The notes beneath the pieces were generated by a model that saw only the letters and a list, made by a program, of their open reading frames with translations, was not told where the DNA came from and did not search any database. Shown here in pieces: positions 35,643 through 45,919 of a stretch of DNA of 64,000 bases. How positions within the stretch are numbered: position 1 is the stretch's first letter; every line of letters starts with the position of its first letter. The stretch is from Candidatus Cloacimonadota bacterium (lineage in GTDB: Bacteria > Cloacimonadota > Cloacimonadia > Cloacimonadales > TCS61), in assembly GCA_030621085.1 (NCBI GenBank), contig JAUXIJ010000004.1, positions 8,830 through 72,829 on the forward strand, written 5' to 3'. Position numbers and translations under genes: made by a program.

Positions 35643-38600
35643 TCATAACTTCAGCCCATACTCTGCCAAAATCTCTTTTGCCATTTGTTCTGCTTCGTTC
35701 CAGCTATGAAGTTTCTGTTGAGCATTTGCTGTAAGTTGCTCTTCTAATTGGCTTACATAATTTCTGTAGTTTTTCAAAATATTTGAAACAATCCTTTCAT
35801 CTTTCGGAATTTTTAACCTATAAACATCCGGTTTTGCAAGAATTACCGCAAATTTAGCTCTATTATAATTTTTTGTAGAAAATATTTCCTCATTATCTTT
35901 ATCTATCAAAGTGCAAATATTTATAAATTCATCAATGTAAAGTTCTTGTCCGCTTGTATTGTAAACTTCTGTTTCTACACTCTCATAATTGTGACCCAAC
36001 TTTGCATCAGTATAAAAATCTTCAGGGAATTTTTTCAATTTGCTGCCGATAATTTCGTTTACTACAGATTTTTTAACTTCATTATAAGAGATTTTAATTT
36101 TCTGCTTTTTCTTTTTCTTGCGCATCTTTGGTAATTCAAGACGCTCTTTTACCATTTGAGTAATACCTTCATAAATGCGGGGAAGATATTCTTCTGGATT
36201 TAAACCGAGGGCTTTTAAAACTGCTTTATCAAGTTCTTGACGGTCTATAAGTTTCACCTCTTCAGAAATTGATTTTACCTTTCTGCTCATTAATTTTTCG
36301 ATGTTATATTCAATTATTAAAGGTACTTTAGAAATTAACATCAAATTATTCCAATCAACACCCTCAGTTTTTGTGGCTCCATCACCCAAGTTTATTCTGC
36401 TATTCACTTCTTTGATAATTGCAAAAAGAGTTGAATTCAAATATTTAATTGCAGAGTTAATAATTTCTTTATCTTCAAGTAAATACTCAAAAAGGTTGTG
36501 GTCAACTTTTACATTCGATTCATTAGCATAAACAAGAAATCTTTCATTATTGATCATCTGAAATAATATCGTTGCTGGTTGATTATCCGGTAACCCCCAC
36601 CAATATTTTCTTCCTTGAACAGAAGGAACATTTGTCCAAAGTTTATTTTCTTTTGTTCTTTGCGTTTCACCCCACTCAATGTATTTTAAAGCGTTTAAAT
36701 GGTTCGCTTTCTTTAACTCTGCTTTGCTTTTGTTACAAATAAAAATCAGGTTTTTCAATTTCTTTGGATCAATGATTATGCTATCAGATTCTTTTGGACT
36801 TTTGATAACCTGCTTTAAATATTTGTTTTCGATCTCACCTTTCCAATCACGACCGTTCTCACATAAAAAAGTTTTATTTTCCTTATTTTTTTGAATTGGT
36901 TTCAGATAGAAAAACTCATTTATTCCAGTTTTAATCCCAAATCTAACGTCAGCAATTTCTTTTAATGGAACAAGTTTATCTTTGCATTTTTCCAGGATTT
37001 CAAAGTAAACATCCGGTGCACGCAAATATTTTCCCCATTTGGAAAATTCATTCTGTTTTTTAATTTCTTTAGATAGTTCCTTTTGTTCAATTAATCTCAC
37101 TCTTATCTGCTCATTTTCAAAGGAAGAAATTTTCTCATCGATCTTTTCAGCTTTATATTGAGCAGATTCTATAGTGTTTACAATTCCGTCAATCCTCCGC
37201 CAGCGGTTATTAGATTCGATTTTCAGGTTTCTTTCCGGTATTAGTTCTTCAAATTTTTTCTTTAGTTTCACGAAATGAACAATGTTTTTATTTCGGTCAT
37301 TTTCATCATTGCATTTTTCCAGAACCGTGAATACAGTATTTACGGCAGCATCATCAAACCAGGGTTCTGCCCACGAAGCAACTATCATCTTGATCTTGAA
37401 ATGGTCTAAAAAGAATTCCTTAAGAACAGAACCATAAGCAACATCCAGCCAGGAATTCGATGTAATAATGGCAAACGAACCACTTCTACTTAAAAGGGTT
37501 GCAGTATGAATAAAAATGTAAGTGTAAATGTCAGCCTGTCCTGAAAGTCGTAAATCAATATGTTTGTTTTTGATCCAATGATCAATTAGTTTATGTTGTT
37601 CGGCAATAGATTTATCATTGAAATGATCTAATTCTGCATCCTTCAATTTATCTAGTTTGAAGAGTTTTGGATAATCTGCCAAATATTCATAAGCCAATAA
37701 TTTAGTAAGAAATTGCTTATATCCTTTCACATTCTTTTCTATCAGTTCCTGCCTGATATATGGAAAGTTTCCGAAAAGGCCATAGAATTGAGGAATTTTG
37801 ATTTTGATTTTATTGTAATTCTGATTGTAATTAACATTGTTTGGAGGGAATTCAACTTCCATCCCAGTAAAGATATTGAAAATATCGTTTTTTAAGACAC
37901 GAGGGAAGTTTTCAAAATTACTCGGAGACTGCCTGAACAGATTTATCGTGGAAAGTTCAGCGGGAAATTTACCAATATCTACTCCCCATATCTTTTCTAA
38001 AATTTCTTCGTGCTTCATTCTGTATCCGCTCAAGAATTGCAATCTATCGTATAATCTTATCAGAAATGTTCCCGAACCGCAAGTAGGATCTGCATAGATT
38101 TTATCTTTATCATTCACAATAATTGCGATTATCAGGTCAACCAAGTCTTCCCGTGTAAAATATTGTCCCAATTCGTGTCGTCTTTTGGGTTCGATAATTT
38201 CTTCAAATAATTCACCGATGACATCTTCCGGTAAAGCTCCGAAATTATAGATTTTTAAATGAGAGAACAATTCATTTAAAGAAGAATATGCTTCCTCTGG
38301 AATTCCCAATTCTTCTATCGAATCAGTTTCAAAAACTGCCTGCCAGTCAATTTCCCGCGCTTGAGAGAAAGAAGATTTTAGATTTGCTTCAAGATCTTTC
38401 TCATCTTCAGTATATAATTCAGGTAATTCTTTAAAGTGTCTTTTTATGGTTAGATAAAAAATAATTTTTGTAATCAAACCATATACTCGCTGGCTTGCAA
38501 TTAACCTGTAAAAATCTTCATCATTGGGATAGGCGATTCCCTGTTCAGCAACAAACTTATTAATTATGTCTTTGTATTCTTTTTGTTTATGGTATATTCT

Positions 38601-39155
38601 TATGAATTGCTCAAATAAAGGAATCAGATCATCGACAATATCTCGTAAGAAGCGGATGAAATAATGTTTTTCAGGTTTGAATTTTCGGAACTTTCCTTTT
38701 TCAGAAAAATTAAGAAGTTCGTCACAAATCCTGGAAATAAAGGCTTTTATTTCTGCTTGTTTATCTCCTCTTTTCCAATCTTCTATATTTGTTAATACCG
38801 AATGAGATTCGCTATCTTCCAATTTTATTTTATTCTCTTTTATTTCGTAAGCATTTAAAGATTGAAAGTCCCAAGTGTAGGCAATTTTAACTTTTAACTG
38901 AACAGCTTTTGCTCTGAACCGTTCTAAATTCTCAGTTTTTCCAAAGGGTGGTTTAAGTTCAATATAAGAAAATGCTTTATTAATTTCCCTATTTTCCCAA
39001 ATTATCAAATCACCAAAATAAGTTGATTTATCAACTTTAATTCCGGTTTCACAACTTGCAGATGTAAAAGGATATTGTCCTCTTTTTATCTGCTCATTGA
39101 ACCATTGAGCAATCTTGCTCGCAAGTTCTCGTTCGTTGGTTTTTATATTTTGCAT
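35643..39155 (-). CDS. Fused type IIG (MmeI/Eco57I-like) restriction endonuclease / N6-adenine DNA methyltransferase with a C-terminal specificity region.
   Basis: Single polypeptide of 1170 aa. The N-terminal PD-(D/E)xK-like motif is FGDLIIWEN...SYIELKPP. MTase motif I is YADPTCGSGTFLI. The motif IV variant is FGNFPYIRQE. The remaining ~500-aa tail has no recognisable motif. Confidence 0.8.
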   Translation of the reverse strand: MQNIKTNERELASKIAQWFNEQIKRGQYPFTSASCETGIKVDKSTYFGDLIIWENREINKAFSYIELKPPFGKTENLERFRAKAVQLKVKIAYTWDFQSLNAYEIKENKIKLEDSESHSVLTNIEDWKRGDKQAEIKAFISRICDELLNFSEKGKFRKFKPEKHYFIRFLRDIVDDLIPLFEQFIRIYHKQKEYKDIINKFVAEQGIAYPNDEDFYRLIASQRVYGLITKIIFYLTIKRHFKELPELYTEDEKDLEANLKSSFSQAREIDWQAVFETDSIEELGIPEEAYSSLNELFSHLKIYNFGALPEDVIGELFEEIIEPKRRHELGQYFTREDLVDLIIAIIVNDKDKIYADPTCGSGTFLIRLYDRLQFLSGYRMKHEEILEKIWGVDIGKFPAELSTINLFRQSPSNFENFPRVLKNDIFNIFTGMEVEFPPNNVNYNQNYNKIKIKIPQFYGLFGNFPYIRQELIEKNVKGYKQFLTKLLAYEYLADYPKLFKLDKLKDAELDHFNDKSIAEQHKLIDHWIKNKHIDLRLSGQADIYTYIFIHTATLLSRSGSFAIITSNSWLDVAYGSVLKEFFLDHFKIKMIVASWAEPWFDDAAVNTVFTVLEKCNDENDRNKNIVHFVKLKKKFEELIPERNLKIESNNRWRRIDGIVNTIESAQYKAEKIDEKISSFENEQIRVRLIEQKELSKEIKKQNEFSKWGKYLRAPDVYFEILEKCKDKLVPLKEIADVRFGIKTGINEFFYLKPIQKNKENKTFLCENGRDWKGEIENKYLKQVIKSPKESDSIIIDPKKLKNLIFICNKSKAELKKANHLNALKYIEWGETQRTKENKLWTNVPSVQGRKYWWGLPDNQPATILFQMINNERFLVYANESNVKVDHNLFEYLLEDKEIINSAIKYLNSTLFAIIKEVNSRINLGDGATKTEGVDWNNLMLISKVPLIIEYNIEKLMSRKVKSISEEVKLIDRQELDKAVLKALGLNPEEYLPRIYEGITQMVKERLELPKMRKKKKKQKIKISYNEVKKSVVNEIIGSKLKKFPEDFYTDAKLGHNYESVETEVYNTSGQELYIDEFINICTLIDKDNEEIFSTKNYNRAKFAVILAKPDVYRLKIPKDERIVSNILKNYRNYVSQLEEQLTANAQQKLHSWNEAEQMAKEILAEYGLKL

Positions 39156-39209
39156 AATTTGAAACTAACCTCTTGTTTTTTTAGTCAATACAAAAATATT
39201 TAATACTAC

Positions 39210-39647
39210 TCATCCCTCAGTCTTCGCCAAGGCTACGACCCGACACGCCAGCCCCTTCTCTCCAACATAGAAGGGGAGCGAATTATTTCTTATAAAAGTA
39301 TTTTTCAATTTTTCTATAACATCCTCAATATGATAAAGAACTTCATCATTCGAAAATCTAATAATTCTATATCCAAGTTGACCAATAATTTGCTCTCTCA
39401 TTTTATCATAATCCTTCTGATTTTCATGAATACCACCATCAATTTCTATAACAAGTTTCATTTTATGGCAGCAGAAATCTGCGATGAAGAATCTAATTTG
39501 TTTATTCCATTCAAAGCCAATTGGATATTGCCGTAATATTTTAAAACCATCAATTTGCCTGTTACGAACAAGCTTCCATAAAGATTTTTCGGCTTTTGTT
39601 TGATTCTTTCTGAATCTTCGACAAATTACTCTAATATCTTCTTTCAT
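39210..39647 (-). CDS. DUF559 (Vsr-like endonuclease fold) domain protein.
   Basis: TKAEKSLWKLVRNRQIDGFKILRQYPIG..FIADFCCHKMKLVIEIDGGIH...D..R...L...GY.IIRFSNDEV is the DUF559 pattern. The C-terminal tail reads into a GGGG-rich dispersed repeat. Confidence 0.8.
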   Translation of the reverse strand: MKEDIRVICRRFRKNQTKAEKSLWKLVRNRQIDGFKILRQYPIGFEWNKQIRFFIADFCCHKMKLVIEIDGGIHENQKDYDKMREQIIGQLGYRIIRFSNDEVLYHIEDVIEKLKNTFIRNNSLPFYVGEKGLACRVVALAKTEG

Positions 39648-39718
39648 ATTTCATTCACATATTCTTATGTTCCTTCTTTTCGATTTCATGAGAAGAGAGG
39701 AATAGCAAGGTGAGTTCC

Positions 39719-40810
39719 TCAATACAACGGTACGATCTTATTACCCGGAACTTTTTTTATTACGTTTTTTAGTTCCAGAGAAAGCAATATTGTGGAAAGC
39801 TCTCCCACCGAAAAGCCTGTTTTCATTACCAATGTATCAAAATGCATTTCAGGTTTATTTTCGATCAATATCTGGTAGATATTCTCTTCGTTTGCGTTCA
39901 GTTCAGGAAATACCCGCGTTTGCTCATCTAATATTAAATCGTATTCTTCCAAGATGTCTTTTGCGGAAGTTACGATCTTTGCACCCAGTTTTATGAGATA
40001 GTTCGGTCCTTCTGCCTGCTTCCGATTTATATCTCCGGGCAGGGCAAATACATCCCGATTCTGATCCATGGCAAATTTTGCGGTTAACAGAGCTCCACTT
40101 TGTCGTGAACCTTCTATGATCAGGCTGCCCAAACTGAGACCACTAATGATTCTGTTACGCGTGGGAAAGTTCCATTTTTCGGCTTTATTGCCGGGAACAT
40201 ATTCGGACACAATGATCCCATTCTGAATAATATCTTCTGCCAATTCCCTATTCTCGGGCGGATAAAATTGGTCCACTCCAGTGCCCATTACAGCAATAGT
40301 TCTACCTCCGTTATTCAAAGCAGCAATATGCGATAGCGCATCTACACCGTAAGCTAACCCGCTTACGATGGTGAAGCCGGCTCTTGCCAGTTGACCACCA
40401 ATTTCGTTTGTCATCATTTTTCCATAATTACTGGCTCTGCGTGTTCCTACAATGGCAAGAGTCCGCCGAAAATCTTCTTTTCTCAAATTCCCGCGATAGA
40501 AAAGAAAAGCAGGTGGATCGAAAATATTTCTCAGGAGGGTGGGATAGACATCATCCAGCACAGTGAGAAAATTTATTTCATATTTTTCGATCAATTTTAC
40601 TGTTCTGTTCCAGTTGGCTGGTTCATTTGGGTTGGAAAGATATTCTTTAGTAGTTTCGGAAATGAATTCGATATCAGTCAAAGCACCTTTTTGTCCGATA
40701 AATCCTGAAGGTTCTCCCAAAATGCCAGTCAATTTTATAGCTGCTACATTTCCAAAATTTGGTGTGGATAGTAATTGTATCCAGGCTTTTATTCTTTCAA
40801 TTTTATCCAT
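39719..40810 (-). CDS. dprA: DNA-processing protein DprA.
   Basis: AIVGTRRASNYG, IVSGLAYGVDALSHIAAL, IAVMGTGVDQFYPPEN, NFPTRNRIISGLS and SGALLTAKFA. Confidence 0.9.
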   Translation of the reverse strand: MDKIERIKAWIQLLSTPNFGNVAAIKLTGILGEPSGFIGQKGALTDIEFISETTKEYLSNPNEPANWNRTVKLIEKYEINFLTVLDDVYPTLLRNIFDPPAFLFYRGNLRKEDFRRTLAIVGTRRASNYGKMMTNEIGGQLARAGFTIVSGLAYGVDALSHIAALNNGGRTIAVMGTGVDQFYPPENRELAEDIIQNGIIVSEYVPGNKAEKWNFPTRNRIISGLSLGSLIIEGSRQSGALLTAKFAMDQNRDVFALPGDINRKQAEGPNYLIKLGAKIVTSAKDILEEYDLILDEQTRVFPELNANEENIYQILIENKPEMHFDTLVMKTGFSVGELSTILLSLELKNVIKKVPGNKIVPLY

Positions 40811-41768
40811 ATATCTCCGGGTTTACAACTTGTGGAGCTTTCCTGCCCTCGATAATAGCAATAGCATTTTCAGCAGCGATCATACCCATATTTGTACGTG
40901 TTTCGATGGTACCGCTACCTACATGTGGAAATAGGACTGCATTTTCACACTCTGCCAGACCTACTGTAAGTTCCGGTTCGTTCTCATAAACATCTAATCC
41001 AGCTCCTGCTATCTGACCTTCTTGTAATGCTTTTACAAGAGCCTTCTCGTCAACTACAGGACCACGGGAAGTGTTGATAAGATAGGCTGTTTTCTTCATT
41101 AATTTCAATTCATGTTCACCGATAAGATGTCTGGTAGATGGAACCAACGGCACATGCAGGCTAATAAAATCTGACCTTTTAAGAAGCTCGATAATTTCTA
41201 CTTTTTCAGCCTTAATATCTTTTTCGATAGTTATACTCTTATTTGTGTAAATCACTTTCATATTGAAACCGGCAGCACGTTTTGCTACTGCTGTACCTAT
41301 TCTGCCTGCTCCTATTATGCCCAGCGTTTTCCCATTGATATCTCCACCCAGGCAAAGCATTGGCCCCCAGCCTTTGAACTTACCAGCACGTACGAATTTA
41401 TCGGCTTCAACCGTACGCCGTGCAACGGCACAAATCAACGACCAGGCAAGATCAGCAGTGGTTTCCGTGAGAACACCCGGAGTATTCGTAACAGGAATTT
41501 TCAGATGTGTGGCTGTTTTTACATCTATATTATTGAATCCCACGGCATAATTTACAATTCCTTTCAGATTAGAATTTACCGTTATAATATCTTTGTCGAT
41601 GGTATCTGTGAGCAAGCAAAGAAGAATATCACACCATTTTACACCCTCGATGATCTCAGACTTCGTGAGTACTCGATCTTCAGAATTTATTCGTAATTCA
41701 AATACTTCTTTAATATTATCTAATGCTGGTTGCGGTAAAGTTCTGGTTATGAATATCTTTGGTTTCAA
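40803..41768 (-). CDS. D-isomer-specific 2-hydroxyacid dehydrogenase (glyoxylate/hydroxypyruvate reductase-like).
   Basis: The NAD-binding motif is GIIGAGRIGTAVAKRA. Other motifs are NTSRGPVVDE, AGLDVYENEP and PHVGSGT. It overlaps the dprA start by 8 nt. Confidence 0.85.
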   Translation of the reverse strand: MKPKIFITRTLPQPALDNIKEVFELRINSEDRVLTKSEIIEGVKWCDILLCLLTDTIDKDIITVNSNLKGIVNYAVGFNNIDVKTATHLKIPVTNTPGVLTETTADLAWSLICAVARRTVEADKFVRAGKFKGWGPMLCLGGDINGKTLGIIGAGRIGTAVAKRAAGFNMKVIYTNKSITIEKDIKAEKVEIIELLKRSDFISLHVPLVPSTRHLIGEHELKLMKKTAYLINTSRGPVVDEKALVKALQEGQIAGAGLDVYENEPELTVGLAECENAVLFPHVGSGTIETRTNMGMIAAENAIAIIEGRKAPQVVNPEIYG

Positions 41769-41780
41769 CTATCCTCCGGT

Positions 41781-42806
<1,026 letters not shown>

Positions 42807-42923
42807 TTACCTTTATATACGACCTTCACAGTATACACTATTTTTCAGAGCAAATAATCTTTTTCAACCAAACCATTCTGAAAGTTAAGAAAACCCCTCT
42901 TAATAAGCCAAAGGCTTATAAAT

Positions 42924-42942
42924 CTCCCCTTACAAAGGGGAG
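42924..42942 (-). terminator. Possible terminator hairpin after the 980-aa gene.
   Basis: CTCCCCTT-ACA-AAGGGGAG lies 2 nt beyond the stop codon. The minus-strand tail ATTTAT is only moderately U-rich. A second hairpin, ATAAGCC/GGCTTAT, follows. Confidence 0.35.
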
Positions 42943-42944
42943 CT

Positions 42945-45887
42945 TCATTTCAACAATAACATTTTCCGGGTTCGTGAAAATTCACCTGCTTTCAATTTAT
43001 AGAAATAAATTCCTGAACTTACAGGCTGATTATTTTCATCAGTGCCATCCCAAACCACATTTCTCGTTCCCAAACCCCCGTTTGGGGATGTGTTGTTTAA
43101 AGTTTTTATCTTCTGTCCCTTTATATTATAGATCTCAAGAGTCACAAACGAGGACGTTTGTGCTACTAAAAAAGAAATCGTGGTTTCAGGATTGAACGGA
43201 TTGGGATAGTTCATTAATTTGAAATTAGAAATTTGGAATTCGTAATTTTCTGAGGAAACCTGTGGTTCTCCCAGAGGATTTTCATAAGCTCCCATATCCG
43301 GCATAGATCCTGTAGGATCGGGACGTGGATTTCCCTCGATATCGAATAAAGGTGCATAATACCAGTTTCCGGCAATTTGAATTTCATCTATTCCTGCTCC
43401 AATGCAGGGACTTGTGTCCTGAAGGTGGAAATCACCTTCTTCCGGATTTATGAATAATGGATCGGAATCTATATTGCCTTCACCTTCCCAGCCTCCCTGG
43501 ATATCTGAATAATACACAATTGTACTTGAACCAAGATGAGGCTCTGTATTATCCCAAATAATAGAATTAAATATAAAATCTATCCCACCAAATAAACTAC
43601 CATTCGGTGATTGTGCAGTATTGTTGATTAATAATGAATTAACAATATATACATCATTAGCTGCTGAACATGAAATAATACCATGTTCATAACAACCATT
43701 ATCGGCAATAATAGAATTAATAATTTGGAAGTTCGAAGTATCTGCTGTGATAGCTGCACCTGATTCGGAACCATTATTCATAATCATCGTATTTTTTATA
43801 GAGATATCACATCCATCAGCATATATTCCTGCTCCAAAACTTGCACAATTATAACTGATTTGTACGTTTTCAAAATCTAATTGAGAATTACCACATTTGA
43901 TCCCGCCGCCATATGAAAATGCATCTCCATGATTAATCGTAGTATTCTCAAATACAACATCTGAGAGATTAATATATAAATTACCGCCGATGTAGCCACT
44001 TTCATTATTTTCAAGAATTACGTTTTCCGTTGTCATGGATTCGCATCCGCTTATACACATACCGGCTCCATGTCCTCCGGTGGTATTATTTATTACGGTT
44101 AGATTTTCAATATTCATATCATCGCAATTCATCAGGAAAATGCCACCTCCACCTCCTGATGCAGGTGGAGCTTCATTGTCAGTTATCATCAGATCGTTAA
44201 TGATGGGACAGCCGTTGTAGCAATAAATACCACCCCCATTATGAGCATAATTTGCTGATATGATCAGATCACGAAGATTGGGACTGGAATCTAGCATAAA
44301 AATTCCACCCCCACCAAAAGACATGGATGTATTCAAACCATTTATTATTGTGAAACCACTAAGCACAGCAGTGGAATCTTCTCCACTCTCAAAAGTAACA
44401 ACACTTCCATTCTGGTTTCCGTCGATGATGGTTTGTGAAATGTAGGAAGTATCCTGCGTAGCATAGAATAACGAAGCAACTGTAATATTCTTACCATTGA
44501 AATTTATATTTTCAATATAAGTTCCGGGATTGACCAAAACAATATCTCCATTTTCCACAGCATTTATTGCTTCCTGGATCGTGGGATAATCATCAGGTAC
44601 AAAAACTACATTATCCTCATAAGTAAGTTTCAATGTAGGATCTCCCTGGATAACCATTCCATAAAACCAGGCACGCTGCCACATCCAGTCATCTCCTACA
44701 TCCACACTAAGTTCCCACCATTGTCGCAGGGCTTCTCCCAGGTTTTCATCTAACGAGAGCGGCTCATAAAAATCTTCGAACCAGAGCATGCTTCCGGTCT
44801 TGGTAGAACCTATTGTTCCCAGACAGTAATCATTTCCCAGAAGATACATTCCTCCCATGTTATTATTTTCCGTAAAACGTGAATTGGAACAGGCAAAAAG
44901 ATTATAGAAATATGAAGTCGGATTAAGATATGATATCTGATAATTGGTAACTGTATTACAGTTGTTACCATTGTTTTCATAAAAATAGTGCGCATCCGGT
45001 CCGGAATGAACATGAACCTGAATAAATTCATAATCTGCGGTGAGTCTATTTGTTCTATAATCATTGGCTGTTGTCTGATTTATATCATCAACTAATACAG
45101 TTTCCGGATAAACGAATTGCATGGCTTCCTGGTATTCAGGTCCCCAATATGCCCAGTCATCATCGATATAGGCAAGTGCAATATCTGGGTTTTGCAGGAA
45201 TCCATTTCGGTAAAGATGGTTTCTTTGAAAATAACTATTTATCAGCTCAGCTTCAGAAAAACTGAGATAGCTCATGTTACTTGCTTTAATACGACCGATT
45301 CCAATTTCGGGATGTTTGTCACCTTCGTGGTAATCGTAAATCCCGTTATTATCGATATCTTCCCAAGCACCGTCAATATCAGAGAAATAAAGTTCTATGG
45401 GAAATTCTACCCAATTTTCATCAGGATCCCAGATGCCATTATTATTAAAATCTTCGAACATTTCAAACCAGGCAACCGGAAGATCTCCAATAAGAAATAC
45501 ATTTCTTACATTATCTTCCTGGTAATAGAGCATCAATATAATTTTCATATCAAACACAATTGTGCTGGAGAATTCAACAAGAAACGAGTTATAACCTTCG
45601 TTGGCAAGATCGTTTTGATAAGTAGCAATGGCATCTGTAATTTCTGGATAGAGATCTGATTCCACAATGATAAGAACACCTTCATCTCTCTGGTTGGAAC
45701 TTACTCTGTTAATTTCGGAATATTCCGTTGGACGGAATGGATGTTTCTCCAAATATTCTTCGTAGGAAATGTATTTCCTGTCAGGATTCAAATCACGGGT
45801 TACAGGAATATCCTTGTATCGAGCCGAAAGAGCGCTTGCTGTTAACAAATAGATAACAATTAGTATTACTAAGTAGCTTTTTTTCAT
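42945..45887 (-). CDS. Large secreted T9SS cargo (980 aa): a putative clan-CD (C25/caspase-like) peptidase-like N-terminal domain, parallel beta-helix (PbH1) repeats and a sorting domain.
   Basis: Signal peptide. The His...Cys candidates VHVHSGPD and NLFACSN are arranged as in C25-type enzymes (inference). There are repeated GGGIY/GGGIF/NN beta-helix turns. The CTD is NYPNPFNPETTISF...IYNIKGQK...GIYFYKL...MLLLK. Confidence 0.65.
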   Translation of the reverse strand: MKKSYLVILIVIYLLTASALSARYKDIPVTRDLNPDRKYISYEEYLEKHPFRPTEYSEINRVSSNQRDEGVLIIVESDLYPEITDAIATYQNDLANEGYNSFLVEFSSTIVFDMKIILMLYYQEDNVRNVFLIGDLPVAWFEMFEDFNNNGIWDPDENWVEFPIELYFSDIDGAWEDIDNNGIYDYHEGDKHPEIGIGRIKASNMSYLSFSEAELINSYFQRNHLYRNGFLQNPDIALAYIDDDWAYWGPEYQEAMQFVYPETVLVDDINQTTANDYRTNRLTADYEFIQVHVHSGPDAHYFYENNGNNCNTVTNYQISYLNPTSYFYNLFACSNSRFTENNNMGGMYLLGNDYCLGTIGSTKTGSMLWFEDFYEPLSLDENLGEALRQWWELSVDVGDDWMWQRAWFYGMVIQGDPTLKLTYEDNVVFVPDDYPTIQEAINAVENGDIVLVNPGTYIENINFNGKNITVASLFYATQDTSYISQTIIDGNQNGSVVTFESGEDSTAVLSGFTIINGLNTSMSFGGGGIFMLDSSPNLRDLIISANYAHNGGGIYCYNGCPIINDLMITDNEAPPASGGGGGIFLMNCDDMNIENLTVINNTTGGHGAGMCISGCESMTTENVILENNESGYIGGNLYINLSDVVFENTTINHGDAFSYGGGIKCGNSQLDFENVQISYNCASFGAGIYADGCDISIKNTMIMNNGSESGAAITADTSNFQIINSIIADNGCYEHGIISCSAANDVYIVNSLLINNTAQSPNGSLFGGIDFIFNSIIWDNTEPHLGSSTIVYYSDIQGGWEGEGNIDSDPLFINPEEGDFHLQDTSPCIGAGIDEIQIAGNWYYAPLFDIEGNPRPDPTGSMPDMGAYENPLGEPQVSSENYEFQISNFKLMNYPNPFNPETTISFLVAQTSSFVTLEIYNIKGQKIKTLNNTSPNGGLGTRNVVWDGTDENNQPVSSGIYFYKLKAGEFSRTRKMLLLK

Positions 45888-45919
45888 TTTAATTTCCTTC
45901 TATTTTATTATTTGAATTA

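Noticed and set aside
40384-40989. A cluster of plus-strand ORFs (40384-40566, 40391-40708, 40563-40934, 40759-40989). Similar antisense ORFs occur in gcvPA/PB, obg, the PiT gene, the CPA2 gene and the large T9SS cargo genes.
   Set aside because: All are antisense to genes with strong family signatures. This is typical of the long spurious frames that appear opposite real genes.
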